A DNA stretch of 64,000 nt from Octopus sinensis (Eukaryota): contig NC_043007.1 in the NCBI RefSeq assembly GCF_006345805.1, positions 50,716,001-50,780,000 on the forward strand, read 5' to 3'. The notes below the pieces were generated by a model. The model saw nothing but the letters and a program-made list of their open reading frames with translations, did no database searches and was not told where the DNA came from. The translations under genes were made by a program, and so were the position numbers. Of this stretch, positions 1 to 13,439 are shown piece after piece. How positions within the stretch are numbered: position 1 is the first letter of the stretch; every line of letters starts with the position of its first letter.

Positions 1-77
1 GCCACTCAGTCAATGATGCTAAGACGAACGTTCATTACCATGTTGAAAGAGTTAAGGATCGTTCGTTGAGGCTTTTC

Positions 78-230
78 GTCTGAGTTCAAATTCCGTCGAG
101 GTCGACTTTGCTTTTCATCATTTCCTAGTCGATAAAATAAGTGTCTGTCAAGTACCGGGGTCGATGAAATCGACTTCCCCTTACCTCAAAAACTGTTGGC
201 CTTGTGCCACACTTTGTAACCATTATTACA
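78..230 (+). mobile_element. SINE family A, partial
   Basis: CTGAGTTCAAATTCCGTCGAGGTCGACTTTGCTTTTCATC...GTCGATAAAATAAG...GGGGTCGATGAAATCGACTT...TTGGCCTTGTGCC is shared with five or more copies in the window. Confidence 0.8.
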
Positions 231-687
231 ATGATCTGATATTGGCACTTTTATCACTATTTGTTAAGAAGTTCCCGATTTAATTGGATGAAATACTTGA
301 TTTTCTATGCAATGGATTTGTTTTGGATCGTGGCCAAATAATTTAAAGCGTAAATATTTTCATCAATATCAAACCAACATCAACACGAGTTGCCTCCCTT
401 CCCAATGCATGTTTTATACAAAGAGTACTAAAAGACAAAGAAGCAATATTTTTGCAAGTGATTTGACGAAAGCACAACGTGTTCTGAACATGATAGTAAA
501 TAGATGAATATGTAACACATTTTCTAACGTTTTTTTTGTTTTCATTATATGAGCAATTCTTGATATCCTGTTAACAAATCATATTTCAACGTGTTCGAGA
601 ATATATTTGGGAATACTTTTTTATTTACGCTTGAACAATCGGTAACTTGAAACTCGGAGTTACGTTGAAGAAGATTCAGATTCTACT

Positions 688-725
<38 letters not shown>

Positions 726-776
726 CCAGTGTGAATGCATTAGAATCTCTGTATAAATATCTTATAATTTGTTTAC

Positions 777-943
777 AGGCGCAGGAGTAGCTGTGTGGTA
801 AGTAGCTTGCTAACCAACCACATAGTTCCAGGTTCAGTCCCACTGTGTGGCATCTTGGGCAAGTGTCTTCTGCTATAGCCCCCGAGCCGACCAATGCCTT
901 GTGAGTGGATTTGGTAGACGGAAACTGAAAGAAGCCTGTCGTA

Positions 944-984
<41 letters not shown>

Positions 985-1203
985 GTGTGTGTGTATGTGT
1001 TTGCGTGTTTGTGTTTGTCCCCCTAGCATTGCTTGACAACCGATGCTGGTGTGTTTACGTCCCCGTCACTTAGCGTTCGGCAAAAAAGACCGATAGAATA
1101 AGTACTGGGCTTACAAAGAATAAGTCCCGGGGTTGATTTGCTCGACTAAAGGCGGTGCTCCAGCATGGCTGCAGTCAAATGACTGAAACAAGTAAAAGAG
1201 TAA
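777..1203 (+). mobile_element. Full-length tRNA-derived SINE (family B/C): tRNA-like head, internal (TA)n/(TG)n, and 3' tail ending GTAAAAGAGTAA
   Basis: A-box-like TAGCTGTGTGGTAAG and B-box-like GGTTCAGTCC. Homologous copies lie at 7785-8086, 18996-19396 and 57190-57380. Confidence 0.85.
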
Positions 1204-3592
1204 TATTTTTACTCGTATCCCTTCCACACATATATCTTTCTTTCTGTTCAGTGATTTGACTTGGAATACTTAATAGTATTTATCCAAATCAGGGACAGTT
1301 GTTTGAAAACATTATCTACTAGATCCAGTTTTAGTTTCCAATTGAATTGCACGGTCCAAGTTGACTGATCCTAATGTTGCTGATCCTAATGAATTGAAAG
1401 GCAAAGTGGACATTAGTAAGATTTGAAATTTGGGGGTAAAGAGTCGAAAGCAAACACTGCAAAGTTTTCCCTTTCTTTGCTTTAACGATGCTCACAATCT
1501 ACAATCTTTACAACGGATTTCTCTTCTAGAAAAATAAGTCGATGGTAGAATTGGTAGAGAATTGTATTTGTCCTTTACGTTCCGGGGTCAAATCCTTCGA
1601 ATGGATTTAACTGAATAATCCGTCCAATCAAGTTACTAAAAACATGTGGTATCCTACCTATCTGCTTATACTGTGATCTCTCTTCTTTCTCGATTCAAGT
1701 CCTGCAGAGGTCAATACTGCACTATATTCCTCTAATCCTGTTTAAATATCAATCATATTCAGGGACAACTCAGTCGATTAAATTTACAATTCTAAGATCT
1801 CGTCGAAAAATAGTAATTGTTGTTCTTGATGATGTTGTGGTCACAATGGTAGTATAAGCCCAGGTCCGGTTTGACCTAGCAGCTTCATAATAAAAACGTT
1901 CCAGGTGTGACCACAGTGCATTTATTTTATCTAATGGTTTACCGTAAAAGTAAAACAGTGAAACTTTTTGAATCGATAGATCTTGTTTTGAAGAAAACCG
2001 AGCTGATATTTCTTGGAACTACTGCGACCATGTAAGCAGGACTATGGTTTGTACGGTTTGGAAGAAACTGAATGTAGACAATACCATAATAACAGAGTGA
2101 CTCATTAGCTCCCTCCTGAGAAATAAGAATTCTATACAGATATTGAGTACTCTGTCTTAATTTTGTCACCCACAACATAAATGCATGTATGTGTATGAGA
2201 GTGTGTGCCTGTAAGCGGGTGTGTGAGGGAAAGAGAGAGGTGTGGAGAGAGAAAGAAGTATAGAGAAAAAGAATGGCTTGAGTGTGGGAATTTGTATTCA
2301 AAATTCTACAGATTCAGCTTCTGGTATGTTTTTATTTACGTCTATTAACCAAAAAGAAAGGAAAGCGGAAGATTTTGCAAGCGACTTTATGGGTGTATAT
2401 GTGGGGTGGGGATGCGATGTGCTTAGAAAATAATGAAACCTCTTTCTTTATGTGAGCAAAAGAAACGAATGAAATTTTACAGAATAGTTTTTTTTTTAAA
2501 TTAAGAAAGGAACGCAATGTAGATTTTTGCTTTTAATACTGTGTGACCAGTTCTCAGAAGTGTCTTCGCTGTTTAATAATAAACCAATGAAAATGATGTT
2601 CTAATAAGTCAAAAGAAATTTGAAAAAAAACAATCTTATAAGAAAAAAAAACAAACAGACCCACCCATTCCCACCGAAATATGTTCAATAAAAGGAATTT
2701 GAATAACATTAGAACAAAGTGACAATATATATATTATTCTTATACTCGTTCTTTCACTCATTCATTCTTTCACTGACTCCACATGCACGTCCAGCTACAC
2801 TTCTTCACCTTCTCTTCATTTTGTATTCAACTTAAATTTTACCGTCCGTTCTTACGTTTTGGTTTTGTCGAAAGTTTTAATAACCACTCTTCTTGATGGA
2901 ATCTTTCTCGAATTGTTCCCAGCCATCCTCGAAACCAAAAAGTGCACATTACTTTATATACATACATTCATACATATATACGTGCATACATACATATATA
3001 TATAATTATATATATATATATATATGTTGATGATGATGGTGATGATGAAAGTCTAGATTCCTTTTTCTTCAAGTGGAAATCTCCATATTGCTTTTTAAGG
3101 ATTTAGTCAACTCTCTCTTTCCCAAAGTTATTCACCTGACGCAAAGTGATTTCATCTTCAACCACGAGCCAGCCGCGTCTAGTCAATATTGGAATAACAT
3201 TCAGTGCGTAAAAACTTGATTCAGATCGAAGCTGAAATCATATTTCTACAAAAATGACTACATTATACGCTTCTTGCATAGTGTATGTTGCTGCGCAAAG
3301 AGAGATGGACTTAATTCTGAAAACAAAAGGCGCAGGTTTTCACAGAACGGGAACAAATTTTAGAACTTGAGATATCTGATAAACTACCCCACTTTCAGGG
3401 CAAGAGAGACAATTTTATCTATGTCAGATTTTTATATCATGTGTTCTCTCATGTCGATAAAGACACAATTTTGAAATTGATGAACACACATACACACACA
3501 CACACACACACACATACACACACACGCACGTATATATACACATACCCAAACATACACAGACACAGGCGTATATATACACGTATCCAAACATA

Positions 3593-3782
3593 CACACACA
3601 TATAAATGTACACGCATACATATATATATATTCATGTATGTTTATATGTGCATTGTCATTCATTAATTTCTAGTCAAATTCATCCAAAGAGGAAATATAT
3701 AAATAAAAAACACTGTATTGTGCATTCTCATATATATACACTTGCAAATATACACACAAAACTATGAGATATAAATGTATAC

Positions 3783-3839
<57 letters not shown>

Positions 3840-3973
3840 ATATTGTATAGCTATAAATATACATACACACACATACATATACGTTTCTCACACTCAGGGC
3901 AACTCTCTTATACGCCAAAGCGAAAATGAAAATCTGAAATTTTCTAAACTGTCATATATATATAATATATATA

Positions 3974-4062
<89 letters not shown>

Positions 4063-4081
4063 TATTTACTATACACTTTTT

Positions 4082-4116
<35 letters not shown>

Positions 4117-4190
4117 TATGTCATATTTTCTGTTGTCTTTTTATTTAATCCTGAAAAGAAATATATATATATATATACATATGCATATAC

Positions 4191-4226
<36 letters not shown>

Positions 4227-4473
4227 GTATATATATGTATATGTATATATAAATAATTATATATATATACACATATACACACACACATATAAATGTACAC
4301 GCATACATATATATATATTCATGTATGTTTATATGTGCATTGTCATTCATTAATTTCTAGTCAAATTCATCCAAAGAGGAAATATATAAATAAAAAACAC
4401 TGTATTGTGCATTCTCATATATATACACTTGCAAATATACACACAAAACTATGAGATATAAATGTATACGATG

Positions 4474-4520
<47 letters not shown>

Positions 4521-4644
4521 TATATCGATATAATTGTATAGCTATAAATATACATACACACACATACATATACGTTTCTCACACTCAGGGCAACTCTCTT
4601 ATACGCCAAAGCGAAAATGAAAATCTGAAATTTTCTAAACTGTC

Positions 4645-4728
<84 letters not shown>

Positions 4729-4869
4729 GATTATTTACTATACACTTTTTTGATATATATATATATATATATAATATATATATATATATATAGGTATGTC
4801 TATTTTCTGTTGTCTTTTTATTTAATCCTGAAAAGAAATATATATATATATATATACATATGCATATAC

Positions 4870-4932
<63 letters not shown>

Positions 4933-4968
4933 ATTATATATATATACACATATACACACACACATATA
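3593..4968 (+). repeat. Tandem duplication, two copies, period about 687 bp
   Basis: TATAAATGTACACGC occurs at 3601 and 4288. Unique blocks (CATTAATTTCTAGTCAAATTCATCC..., CGTTTCTCACACTCAGGGCAAC..., TTTAATCCTGAAAAGAAA) are repeated almost identically. Confidence 0.95.
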
Positions 4969-6914
4969 TATATATATCATATATACGTATGTATGTATGT
5001 ATAAAATCTAAACATATATCTGTGTATGTGCATATGCGTATGCGGTGTGTATATACTCATATTATCGATCATTAAATGGTACAATAATTATTTGTCTTTT
5101 ATTTTATACTTCGTTTTCACATGTTAACGTAAGAGAGTAAATGTAACTGCTGTCATTGTTTTTGCTGTTATTATTATTATTATTGTTGTTGTTGTTGTTA
5201 TTATTATTATTATTGTATTGTTGTTAATTTTTTGCGTCTTTCATATAAATTTTATTACCGCTTTCAAAATATGCTTGTCTTTTAATTATTATTATTGTTA
5301 TTATTGGTGTTCTTCAGTGTGTAAAGTGCATTTGTATTCTTGTATCCATTACAAGACAATGTTTTTGTAGATGTGTGGGCCTTTGTTTCCGGTTGCTTTG
5401 TTATTGATATTTAACTTCATGAAATATTTTGCCCTTATTACACTGTTAACACAAAGAGTATACCTTGTTGTTGTTGTTGATTTTGTTGTTATTGTTGTTG
5501 ATATTGTTGTTATTGTTGTTGTCGTTACTGTTGTTGTTATTGCTGTTCGCTTTTGATGCTTCGTTATTTTTTGAATGCGCTTTGTGTCATAGTTCTTTTC
5601 TTTATGCTTTACCAAATTATGTATTTCATGCAAAAAATGTTTCACGTAAACGCTCATAAATACATATGGATTCATATACACATAAATATGTATTACGTGA
5701 GAGATAGAGAGACAGGGAGAGGTAGAGAGAGTGGAGGAGGAGTGTGTGTGTGTATGTTGGTGTGTGCGTGTGTGTGGCTGTGTGTGTGTGTGTGTGGTAA
5801 GTACCAGTGTTTAACAAAACAAAATAACAGTAATCACATTAGTTTCAGCCATCCTTGGACACGCTCCATTACCATTTCATGTTTCGTATAGCCACATGTT
5901 GTGGCTACAACTATCATAATCATTAGCAATCATTATTCTAAGTATCATTGACATTAATCAGTTCTTGAAGGTCTAGCTGTTCATTTTCTCTCTTTTGAAA
6001 GTTTTTGTTTAGTATTTTGTAAACAGTATTATAATTAAGACGGTTTTTTAATTAAAAAAAGATGTATGCAGTTCATTAATTTCCATCTTATTTTTTTTCT
6101 TTTTGCCAACACTCAGCCCCGCCAGTTTTCTCCACATAATCTTCGTAGAAGATATCTTAATGGATGGTTAAGTTCCAGGCAAATCTTCACAATCTTAAAA
6201 GTGCTATGTTTCTTGCTGCTGTTTCTGTTACTGTAGAAGAATGTAGCAGCAGTTGTAGTAGACATAATCGCAGTACTACTAATAATCAAAATAATAACAA
6301 TAATAATAATAATCACTCTGTGTGTATGTAATCCTTGTTATCCATTTCAAAATGTCCTCCTTCGTTCGTTTTTTGCCTTCTTTTGTAATTCTTTGTGTTT
6401 ATTTTATTTATATATATATTTCACTCTTTTTTTTTAAATGTATTCATGTTTATTTTTTTTTAAAAATTCGTTATTTACAACAAATGTTTCTTTGTTCTCA
6501 GTTCTCACTTAAAAGAATGTCTTCTCTTTTCCTCTTTTCATTTATATATTTCTTTTTTAATTTGCTATTTTCCTTGTTTGAAAAAAGCTTTAAATGCTTT
6601 CGAGGAAAAATAAAATGGAGAAGTTTGTCTTGTTTTTGTGGGATTTTTTCGTTTGTTTTGTATATTTTATGCCGTGTTGGAAACATTTACCAGGTTTCCC
6701 AAAGACGCTGTCTCAGAAAACTGAAAAATAGAAAAAAAGAAAAATATTATATTTAAAATTATATATATATGTATTTTTATACACACGCACACATCACACA
6801 TACATACATACATAAATACATACAAGCATGCATAATACATACATACATACATATACATACATGCATACATACTTACATACACACACACACACACGCACAT
6901 ATATATATATATAA

Positions 6915-6970
<56 letters not shown>

Positions 6971-7255
6971 AAAGAATATTGCGACAAAGTTTGTGGGAGA
7001 AGCTGTAAAATGGAATTATAAAAGATAAATTACAGTTACTATATTTACACAAGCCCAAACATTTATAGACGCGAAGGCATTAAACAAGAAATATCATACT
7101 TTCTAGAATCAATATTACACTACATAAATGACAATATATTTTATTTTGCCCCCATACCCACCCAAATACCGTCCATAAAATGTAGGGAAATGATTTTCGA
7201 TTCTCATCTTGACGAAAGCCTTAATTTGATCATGGTAAGATTTGAGGTCAGAATT

Positions 7256-7654
7256 TCAAGAAAGATGACTTCGGAAGTTTAGTACGGAGACTTTAGTTGA
7301 TCTACTGGACGCAGTTTGGTAGATTAATGTACAACGATGCCTTGACAGGCATCGGTTCGATTTGTAAGGAAGGAATATAAAGCTGAAATGGATAGTTGGC
7401 AATGTCAAATATATGAATGAGAATAATAATATATTATGCTCAGCTTTACCGTTATCAGCACAGAATAGGATGAGATTGGAGCGCAACTTGAAGGCAACGA
7501 GGGAAGGATTTAAAGTTGATATATTAATGGGATGTAATGATAAATAGGGTTCAGAAGGAATTCGATGAAACTGGTGAATATTGATAGAGGTAAGAATAAA
7601 CCCAGAGGACAATATGTGTACGAGCAACGTGCATAAAGGAGAACATATATGCAA
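7256..7654 (-). mobile_element. Possible PLE RT N-terminal remnant
   Basis: LVAFKLRSNLILFCADNGKAEHNILL resembles the PLE motif AL..LR.N..I.I.PADKG. Confidence 0.35.
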
Positions 7655-7740
7655 TTAGTCCCGATGCTTAGAAGTAAGGTAACAGAGAAAGAACGGTGTG
7701 TAGAGAGACACATAGATAGATTAAGAAAGAGATATAAGAT

Positions 7741-7784
<44 letters not shown>

Positions 7785-7786
<2 letters not shown>

Positions 7787-7878
7787 CTCTTTTACTCTTT
7801 TACTTGTTTCAGTCATTTGACTGCGGCCATGCTGGAGCACCACCTTTAGTCGAACAATCGACCCCGGGACTTATTCTT

Positions 7879-7921
<43 letters not shown>

Positions 7922-8086
7922 ATATATGACGGGTTTCTTTCAGTTTTCGCCTACCAAATCCACTCAGAGGGCTTGGGTTGGCTCGAGGCTATAGCACAAA
8001 CCTCTAGCCGAAGGTGCCACGCAGTGGGATTGAACCTGGAACCATGTGGTTGGGAAGCAAGTTTTTTTTTACCACACAGCCACTCC
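7785..8086 (-). mobile_element. SINE family B/C copy with the central part deleted
   Basis: Tail ACTCTTTTACTTGTTTCAGTCATTTGACTGCGGCCATGCTGGAGCACC and head ...GGATTGAACCTGGAACCATGTGGTTGGGAAGC...ACCACACAGCCACTCC, joined by a (TA)n run. Confidence 0.85.
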
Positions 8087-8159
8087 ATCGTCTATGTATG
8101 TGTGTGTGTGTGTTTGGAGAGAGAGAGAGAGTGACAGAGAGAGACAGACAGACAAACAC

Positions 8160-8228
<69 letters not shown>

Positions 8229-8904
8229 TACATATAGATAAATATAATGAATCTCTAAAATGACTTACATGCGTTACATTGCTTGAATTCCTCACTTCAT
8301 ATCCGCAAGTTTCGTCTTTCAAACTGAAAAATTAAGAAAAGAAGTTGCATGTCAAAAGCATTTTAAGGAAGAGGGTATGTAATTTGTATGCAATACATAA
8401 TGTGCGTGTGTGTATATATGTGTGTATTTGTGTGTGTGTACGTATGTGTGTGTAGGTGTGTGTGCATGTATACATATATGTATATATATAATATTTACAT
8501 ACACGTATATATATATTATATATATATATATATATAATATATAAAACATATATATATATGTGGTGTGTGTGTGTGTGTGTGTGTATGCATATATAATATA
8601 TATTTCATGTACATATAACTGTAGATACGCACAGAAATATACGCAAAATCTAACACAAGGGACAATGTGGAAGCCGTTACACAGTCATTGGGACTGTAAA
8701 TTTGGCTCCAAATTGTGGTTAAAATACCATTGACGACAGGCCCAGCTTTCAGACGTTGAGCTGGGGCTCATCAAGCAACAGGAACTACAGTAATAAAAAC
8801 AACTACAACAACAACAATGGGAGTAGCAACTACAAAGACAGCGCTCTATACACTCTCTGCAGTCACACCGACACAATGAACTGCCTGAAACAGTTTTACA
8901 AATA

Positions 8905-9070
8905 TATTTCGCCCTTATTCAAACTCTGAATTCAAATTCGGCCGAGGTCGATTTTGCCTTTCATTCTTTCGGGGTCGATAAAATAAGTACCAGTTGAATA
9001 ATGGGAGCAATGTAATCGACTTACCTCTTCCCCGAAATTTCCGGCTTTGTGCCAAAATCGGAAACCAATA
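8905..9070 (+). mobile_element. SINE family A, partial
   Basis: GAATTCAAATTCGGCCGAGGTCGATTTTGCCTTTCATTCTTTCGGGGTCGATAAAATAAGTACCAG...TGTGCCAAAATCGGAAACC. Confidence 0.8.
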
Positions 9071-9101
9071 AATACATACACACACACATACACACACACA
9101 C

Positions 9102-9185
<84 letters not shown>

Positions 9186-9210
9186 GTATATATATACATG
9201 TGTGTGTGTG

Positions 9211-9365
9211 AAATTTACAGAAATACAAAAGACGAAGACAGGTGTATAAGCAACAAGCAGGTGTATTAGTTAGACGCTCGGGAAGGTGAGAAAGTCTTTT
9301 ATGTTTCGAGCCTACGCTCTTCGACAGAAAGGAATACTAGGAAATAAACAGAGGGAGAATAAAAA
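9211..9365 (-). mobile_element. Short dispersed repeat (PLE pseudo-LTR-like) carrying the minimal hammerhead
   Basis: Homologous to 25383-25545 through shared blocks: CAAAAGACGAAGACAGGTG, ATGTATTAGT-like, AAAGTCTTTTA, TTTCGAG, CTACGCTCTTC, CAGAAAGGAA. Confidence 0.6.
9296..9331 (-). ncRNA. Minimal type I hammerhead-like motif in a PLE-type terminal repeat (atypical core CUGUCGA)
   Basis: Minus strand reads CTTT-CTGTCGA-A-GAGC-GTAG-GCTC-GAAAC-ATA-AAAG. Helix I is CTTT/AAAG and helix II is GAGC/GCTC. Helix III carries a G-to-A change relative to the 25470 copy. Confidence 0.55.
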
Positions 9366-9390
9366 TACTTTTGGAGTTAGTGGTGAATCA

Positions 9391-10315
9391 TAGGTCGTCA
9401 AGTATGAAATTTGTAAAAAAGAAAGAAGTTTGCTTATGTTTTAGAAATACAAGAAATAGTTTTATTCATCAAAGTATGCACCCATATTGTCAATACACTT
9501 TTGCTATTTCAGCGGCAGCTTGTTCAGCCCGGAACTGTAAAAACCTGGTAATCTAGAGTCAATAAAATCTTGGAAGGCCTGTTTCACAGCATCGTCAGAA
9601 TTTAATTTGTTCTCTATCAAAACGTTATCCAATTTCTGGAAGAAGTGATAGTCAGTGGGAGAAGATCAGGTGAGTATGGTGGATGGTGGATAACTTCCAA
9701 CTCCAGCTCCTGTAGTTTCGCCAATGTCATTTTTGCGATGTGTTTTCTGGCGCTGTCTTGCAATAAAATTGGAGTGGATCTGTTGACTAATCTAGGCTGT
9801 TTTTTTCGAAGTTCCTGCATCATTTGGTCAAAGTGGCTGCAGTATACTTTGGCCGTGATTGATGAGCCAGGTTTAATGAAATCATAATGGATCACACCTG
9901 CGCCAGACCACCAAACACACACCATAAGCTTCTTTTGATGAATTTTGTTTTGTGAGGTCAAAGTTACCAGAACGAAATTTTGCAAACCAATTTGATACTC
10001 TCTGCTGTGTAATAACATTATATAATAACATTAGAATGAAATACTCCATAAATATTCCGAGCTGTCTGTGATGCTGTATTCCCAAGAAAGAAATTTCAAA
10101 ACGGTACGACTTTTCGACTTATCCATCTCTAAACAAAAATACCAAAAACGATTTATAAATACTTTACAAAGCGCAAAGTGAGTTAGAATAAAGAAATAAA
10201 TGTGTCAGCTTTCTAACAAAAAAATAAAGATTGTCAAAATATAATAATGGCGCAAAATGAACAGCTGTCAAAGTTTACCATATACCTTACCACAAATTTC
10301 ATACTTGACGACCTA
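9391..10315 (-). mobile_element. Mariner (Tc1/mariner, Hsmar1/SETMAR-like) transposon, internally deleted, transposase pseudogene
   Basis: Perfect 24-bp TIRs: TAGGTCGTCAAGTATGAAATTTGT at 9391-9414 and its reverse complement at 10292-10315. Transposase remnants include the N-terminus MDKSKSRTVLKF, NWFAKFRSGNFDL, KLMVCVWWSGAGVIHY, LLQDSARKH and HHPPYSPDL. The WVPHEL/first-Asp region is missing and frameshifts are present. Confidence 0.92.
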
Positions 10316-10316
10316 A

Positions 10317-10394
<78 letters not shown>

Positions 10395-10396
<2 letters not shown>

Positions 10397-10589
10397 GGCA
10401 GTGAGCTGACAATCGTTAGCACGGCGGACAGAATGTTTCGTGGCATTTCGTCTGTCTTAACGTTCCGAATTCAAATTCTGCTGCTGTCATCCTTTCAGGG
10501 TCCAAGTTCCAGTTGAGTACTGGTGTCAGTGTAATCAACTTACCCCTTCTCCGAAATTGTTGGCATTGTGCAAAAATTGGAAACCAATA
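10395..10589 (+). mobile_element. SINE family A
   Basis: Head GGCAGTGAGCTGACAATCGTTAGCACGGCGG, B-box-like GTTCCGAATTCAAATTC, and the family tail. Confidence 0.75.
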
Positions 10590-11539
10590 TGTATGCCTAC
10601 ATACATACTTTCAAAAGGAGAGAGAGAGATAAAAAGAGAGAGAGGAAGATAATTGTGTGTATTCTGGTTGACATGTGCAAGTTTCAAAGTGATTACTACG
10701 TGCCTGTGTTAAAAGTATGTTGAGTCCACAATAAAGTGTGATTATGTAATTAGATCTCTTGCAGGGTTTCGTGTAGATAACCGAACGGATACTGACGACT
10801 GGTGGTGGATGGTTAGCAGAGTTTGGAATGTTTCAAAAATAATAATTATCGATAAGTATGCCTGAAATTACAGCATGGATTTAATTGCGTAGTTATCCGC
10901 ACACACGCGCGGCGTGCATACACATTTCTATCTACCCCTTTCTTTCTTTCACCCTCTATCTGTACATACACACTCATACAAACACACACACACACACACA
11001 CAGACACATGTACATAAGATTCGAATATGAATGTAGGAACTTTATTGTTGCCAATTTAGAAAATATGAAACATAAAAGCTATTACATGTGTGTGTGTGTG
11101 TGTGTGAGGGTATGGTTGTGTACACAACCACACTCATACACTCACATACAAATACAGGTTTACGAACAGGATAAAAAGTACTGAAAGTTCCGGTGTTTCA
11201 CAGACCCAGAAGTCTAGTTCTTAATATTAGGCTTCGCGGCACAAGATGTTCATCGTATCTGTTACTCGGTCAATATTCTAGAATGTAGTTGGTTAATGAA
11301 TCCACATGGTAGTAATTATTTCTCGGTAGATATCCTCAATATCATGTTGCTCCGATTTTCAACTTGATTGATAGTATTCTGTTTGCCACTGGAAGTGTCT
11401 CTGTGGCAGGCATCTGAGCGCAAATTTCTTTTTCAATGCCTTGATTATTTGCATAAATATGTTATATTTTTCAAGCAGGTACTATAAGTACACATTTCTT
11501 GACTCCTTAGCTACAGACATGCAATTTTTAAAAGAGACC

Positions 11540-11790
11540 AGGTTATGTTAGTGTTTTTGAATCACTCCTCCTTCAAATTAGAGAGTATTAAGATAACAAA
11601 TGGGTGTCCTGAGTGTGTATGGTGCCGAGAATATTTTTTGGCGAGGTCCATATAATTCTTCTCATTCCTGTTTGGTGAAATTATTTTGGATGGAGACACC
11701 AGTGCCTTCATACGCCAACTGTTGTTCAGATTATGGAGTATGATGTTGGAGTATTTAAACTGAGGTGCATCGTTTGGCTTATTCATAATC
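11540..11790 (-). mobile_element. Possible MULE/Mutator transposase remnant
   Basis: LHNLNNSWRMK...GHPFVILILSNLKEE loosely resembles the MULE C-terminal motif RTNN..EGWH...HP..W..I..LK.E. Confidence 0.3.
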
Positions 11791-12561
11791 CTCTTAAGTA
11801 TTTCTATAAATACTAGCTATGGAGGTTGCAATATTTTACGTACAGCTACTACTGAATACTACATTATTCTTATTGAACAGATTATAATATTTTTTAGTGT
11901 TGGGGGGGATGCGTTTCAATATTGGGGAGATTTTTTTCCCTGATACGATCCGCGTGCATTATATATATTTATATTTATATACGCACACACATATTGATGG
12001 CTTTGCGTTTTAATTGCATATGCAATGAATATTTTATTTGTATCCTCTTTCATTTCGAACATTGTTAAAAAAATTTCAGTGTTTACAGCATATCTTTCTG
12101 GCAAGTCATGTTAGAGATTCGCCAAGGATCTTATGACTGGAAGGAGTGGTTAGAATGATTGTGGATATAGTATAGTTTCCTTGTTAGGTTTTCTGTAAGT
12201 GACTTATTTATAACTAAGCGATTAAGCTACAAAACAGAGAGAGTAGCGTAAAAGAGACTAAGAAGAGGATTGGAATAAAGAGAGAAAGGGAGATGAAGGG
12301 TAAGAAACAAGAAAGCAAATACTTGAATAGGGAAGATTCCCGAGAACCTTACAGAGTAAGGATTCGAATTCAGGTGAAGTTTAAGACACTTAGCTCCCAA
12401 ATAAATTGTTCTATCTAACTGTAATGAGATACACTACATACTTAATGAGTGTTTTGTTATCCTATCGCACTGAGTTCAACATTATAGCAACAACATAAGC
12501 GATTGCGTGATCAATAGAAACGTGTGTAAAACCTTTGTGCATGTATGTAAGTATGTATGTG

Positions 12562-12630
<69 letters not shown>

Positions 12631-12666
12631 ATATATATAATATATATATATATATATACACATATG

Positions 12667-12719
<53 letters not shown>

Positions 12720-12862
12720 GCAGGCTATTCTTCAGGCCAAGGATATCTTGAGTAAATGAAAGTTGTCATTCTGGTTTAAAAAGTCACATCAGACGCCATG
12801 ATGGATCAGTCAGACTCTGCATAAGAAGTAGACAACCACCATGTATGTGTTTATATGTGGAG

Positions 12863-12887
12863 TTAGTTAGTTAGTTAGTTAGTTAGT

Positions 12888-12985
<98 letters not shown>
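12863..12985 (+). repeat. (TTAG)n followed by (ATAG)n tetranucleotide microsatellite; similar (GATA)n tracts at 8160, 28440 and 48489
   Basis: Directly visible. Confidence 0.95.
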
Positions 12986-13439
12986 TACAGATATACATAT
13001 AGATAAATATAATGATATAATAGATATACAGACAGACAGACAGATAAACAGACAGATAGGTAGGTAGATAGGTTTGTCTACATGTAATCATATATTGATT
13101 GACTTGTGGATGAATACTTACAACATACTGCCAACTAAAGACAACTGAGTTTGTAAGCCTTTTACCTGGCTTGTCCGAATATGTGTAATAATGTATTATC
13201 ATAGATTTGTTCGTTGCTGTTATTCACCATCAGGTGGATAATAATGGAAGCCAAAAGCTATGATACTGGTCACACAGTTACAATTCAACTCATACATAAA
13301 TCTTGTCAATTCTGTTGAATGATCCTAAATAGTCAATTCTTTTTATTGGCTAAATGATACCTACGGGATCTATGATAAAAGTTATTTCATCCCTCAATAT
13401 CCCATGCTTGATTTTATTATTTTGAGCTGACATAATCGT

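Noticed and set aside
8753-8929. Short + strand open frame with an Asn/Ser-rich peptide in unique sequence
   Set aside because: It is under 60 aa, has a weak acceptor, runs into a SINE and has no recognisable similarity.
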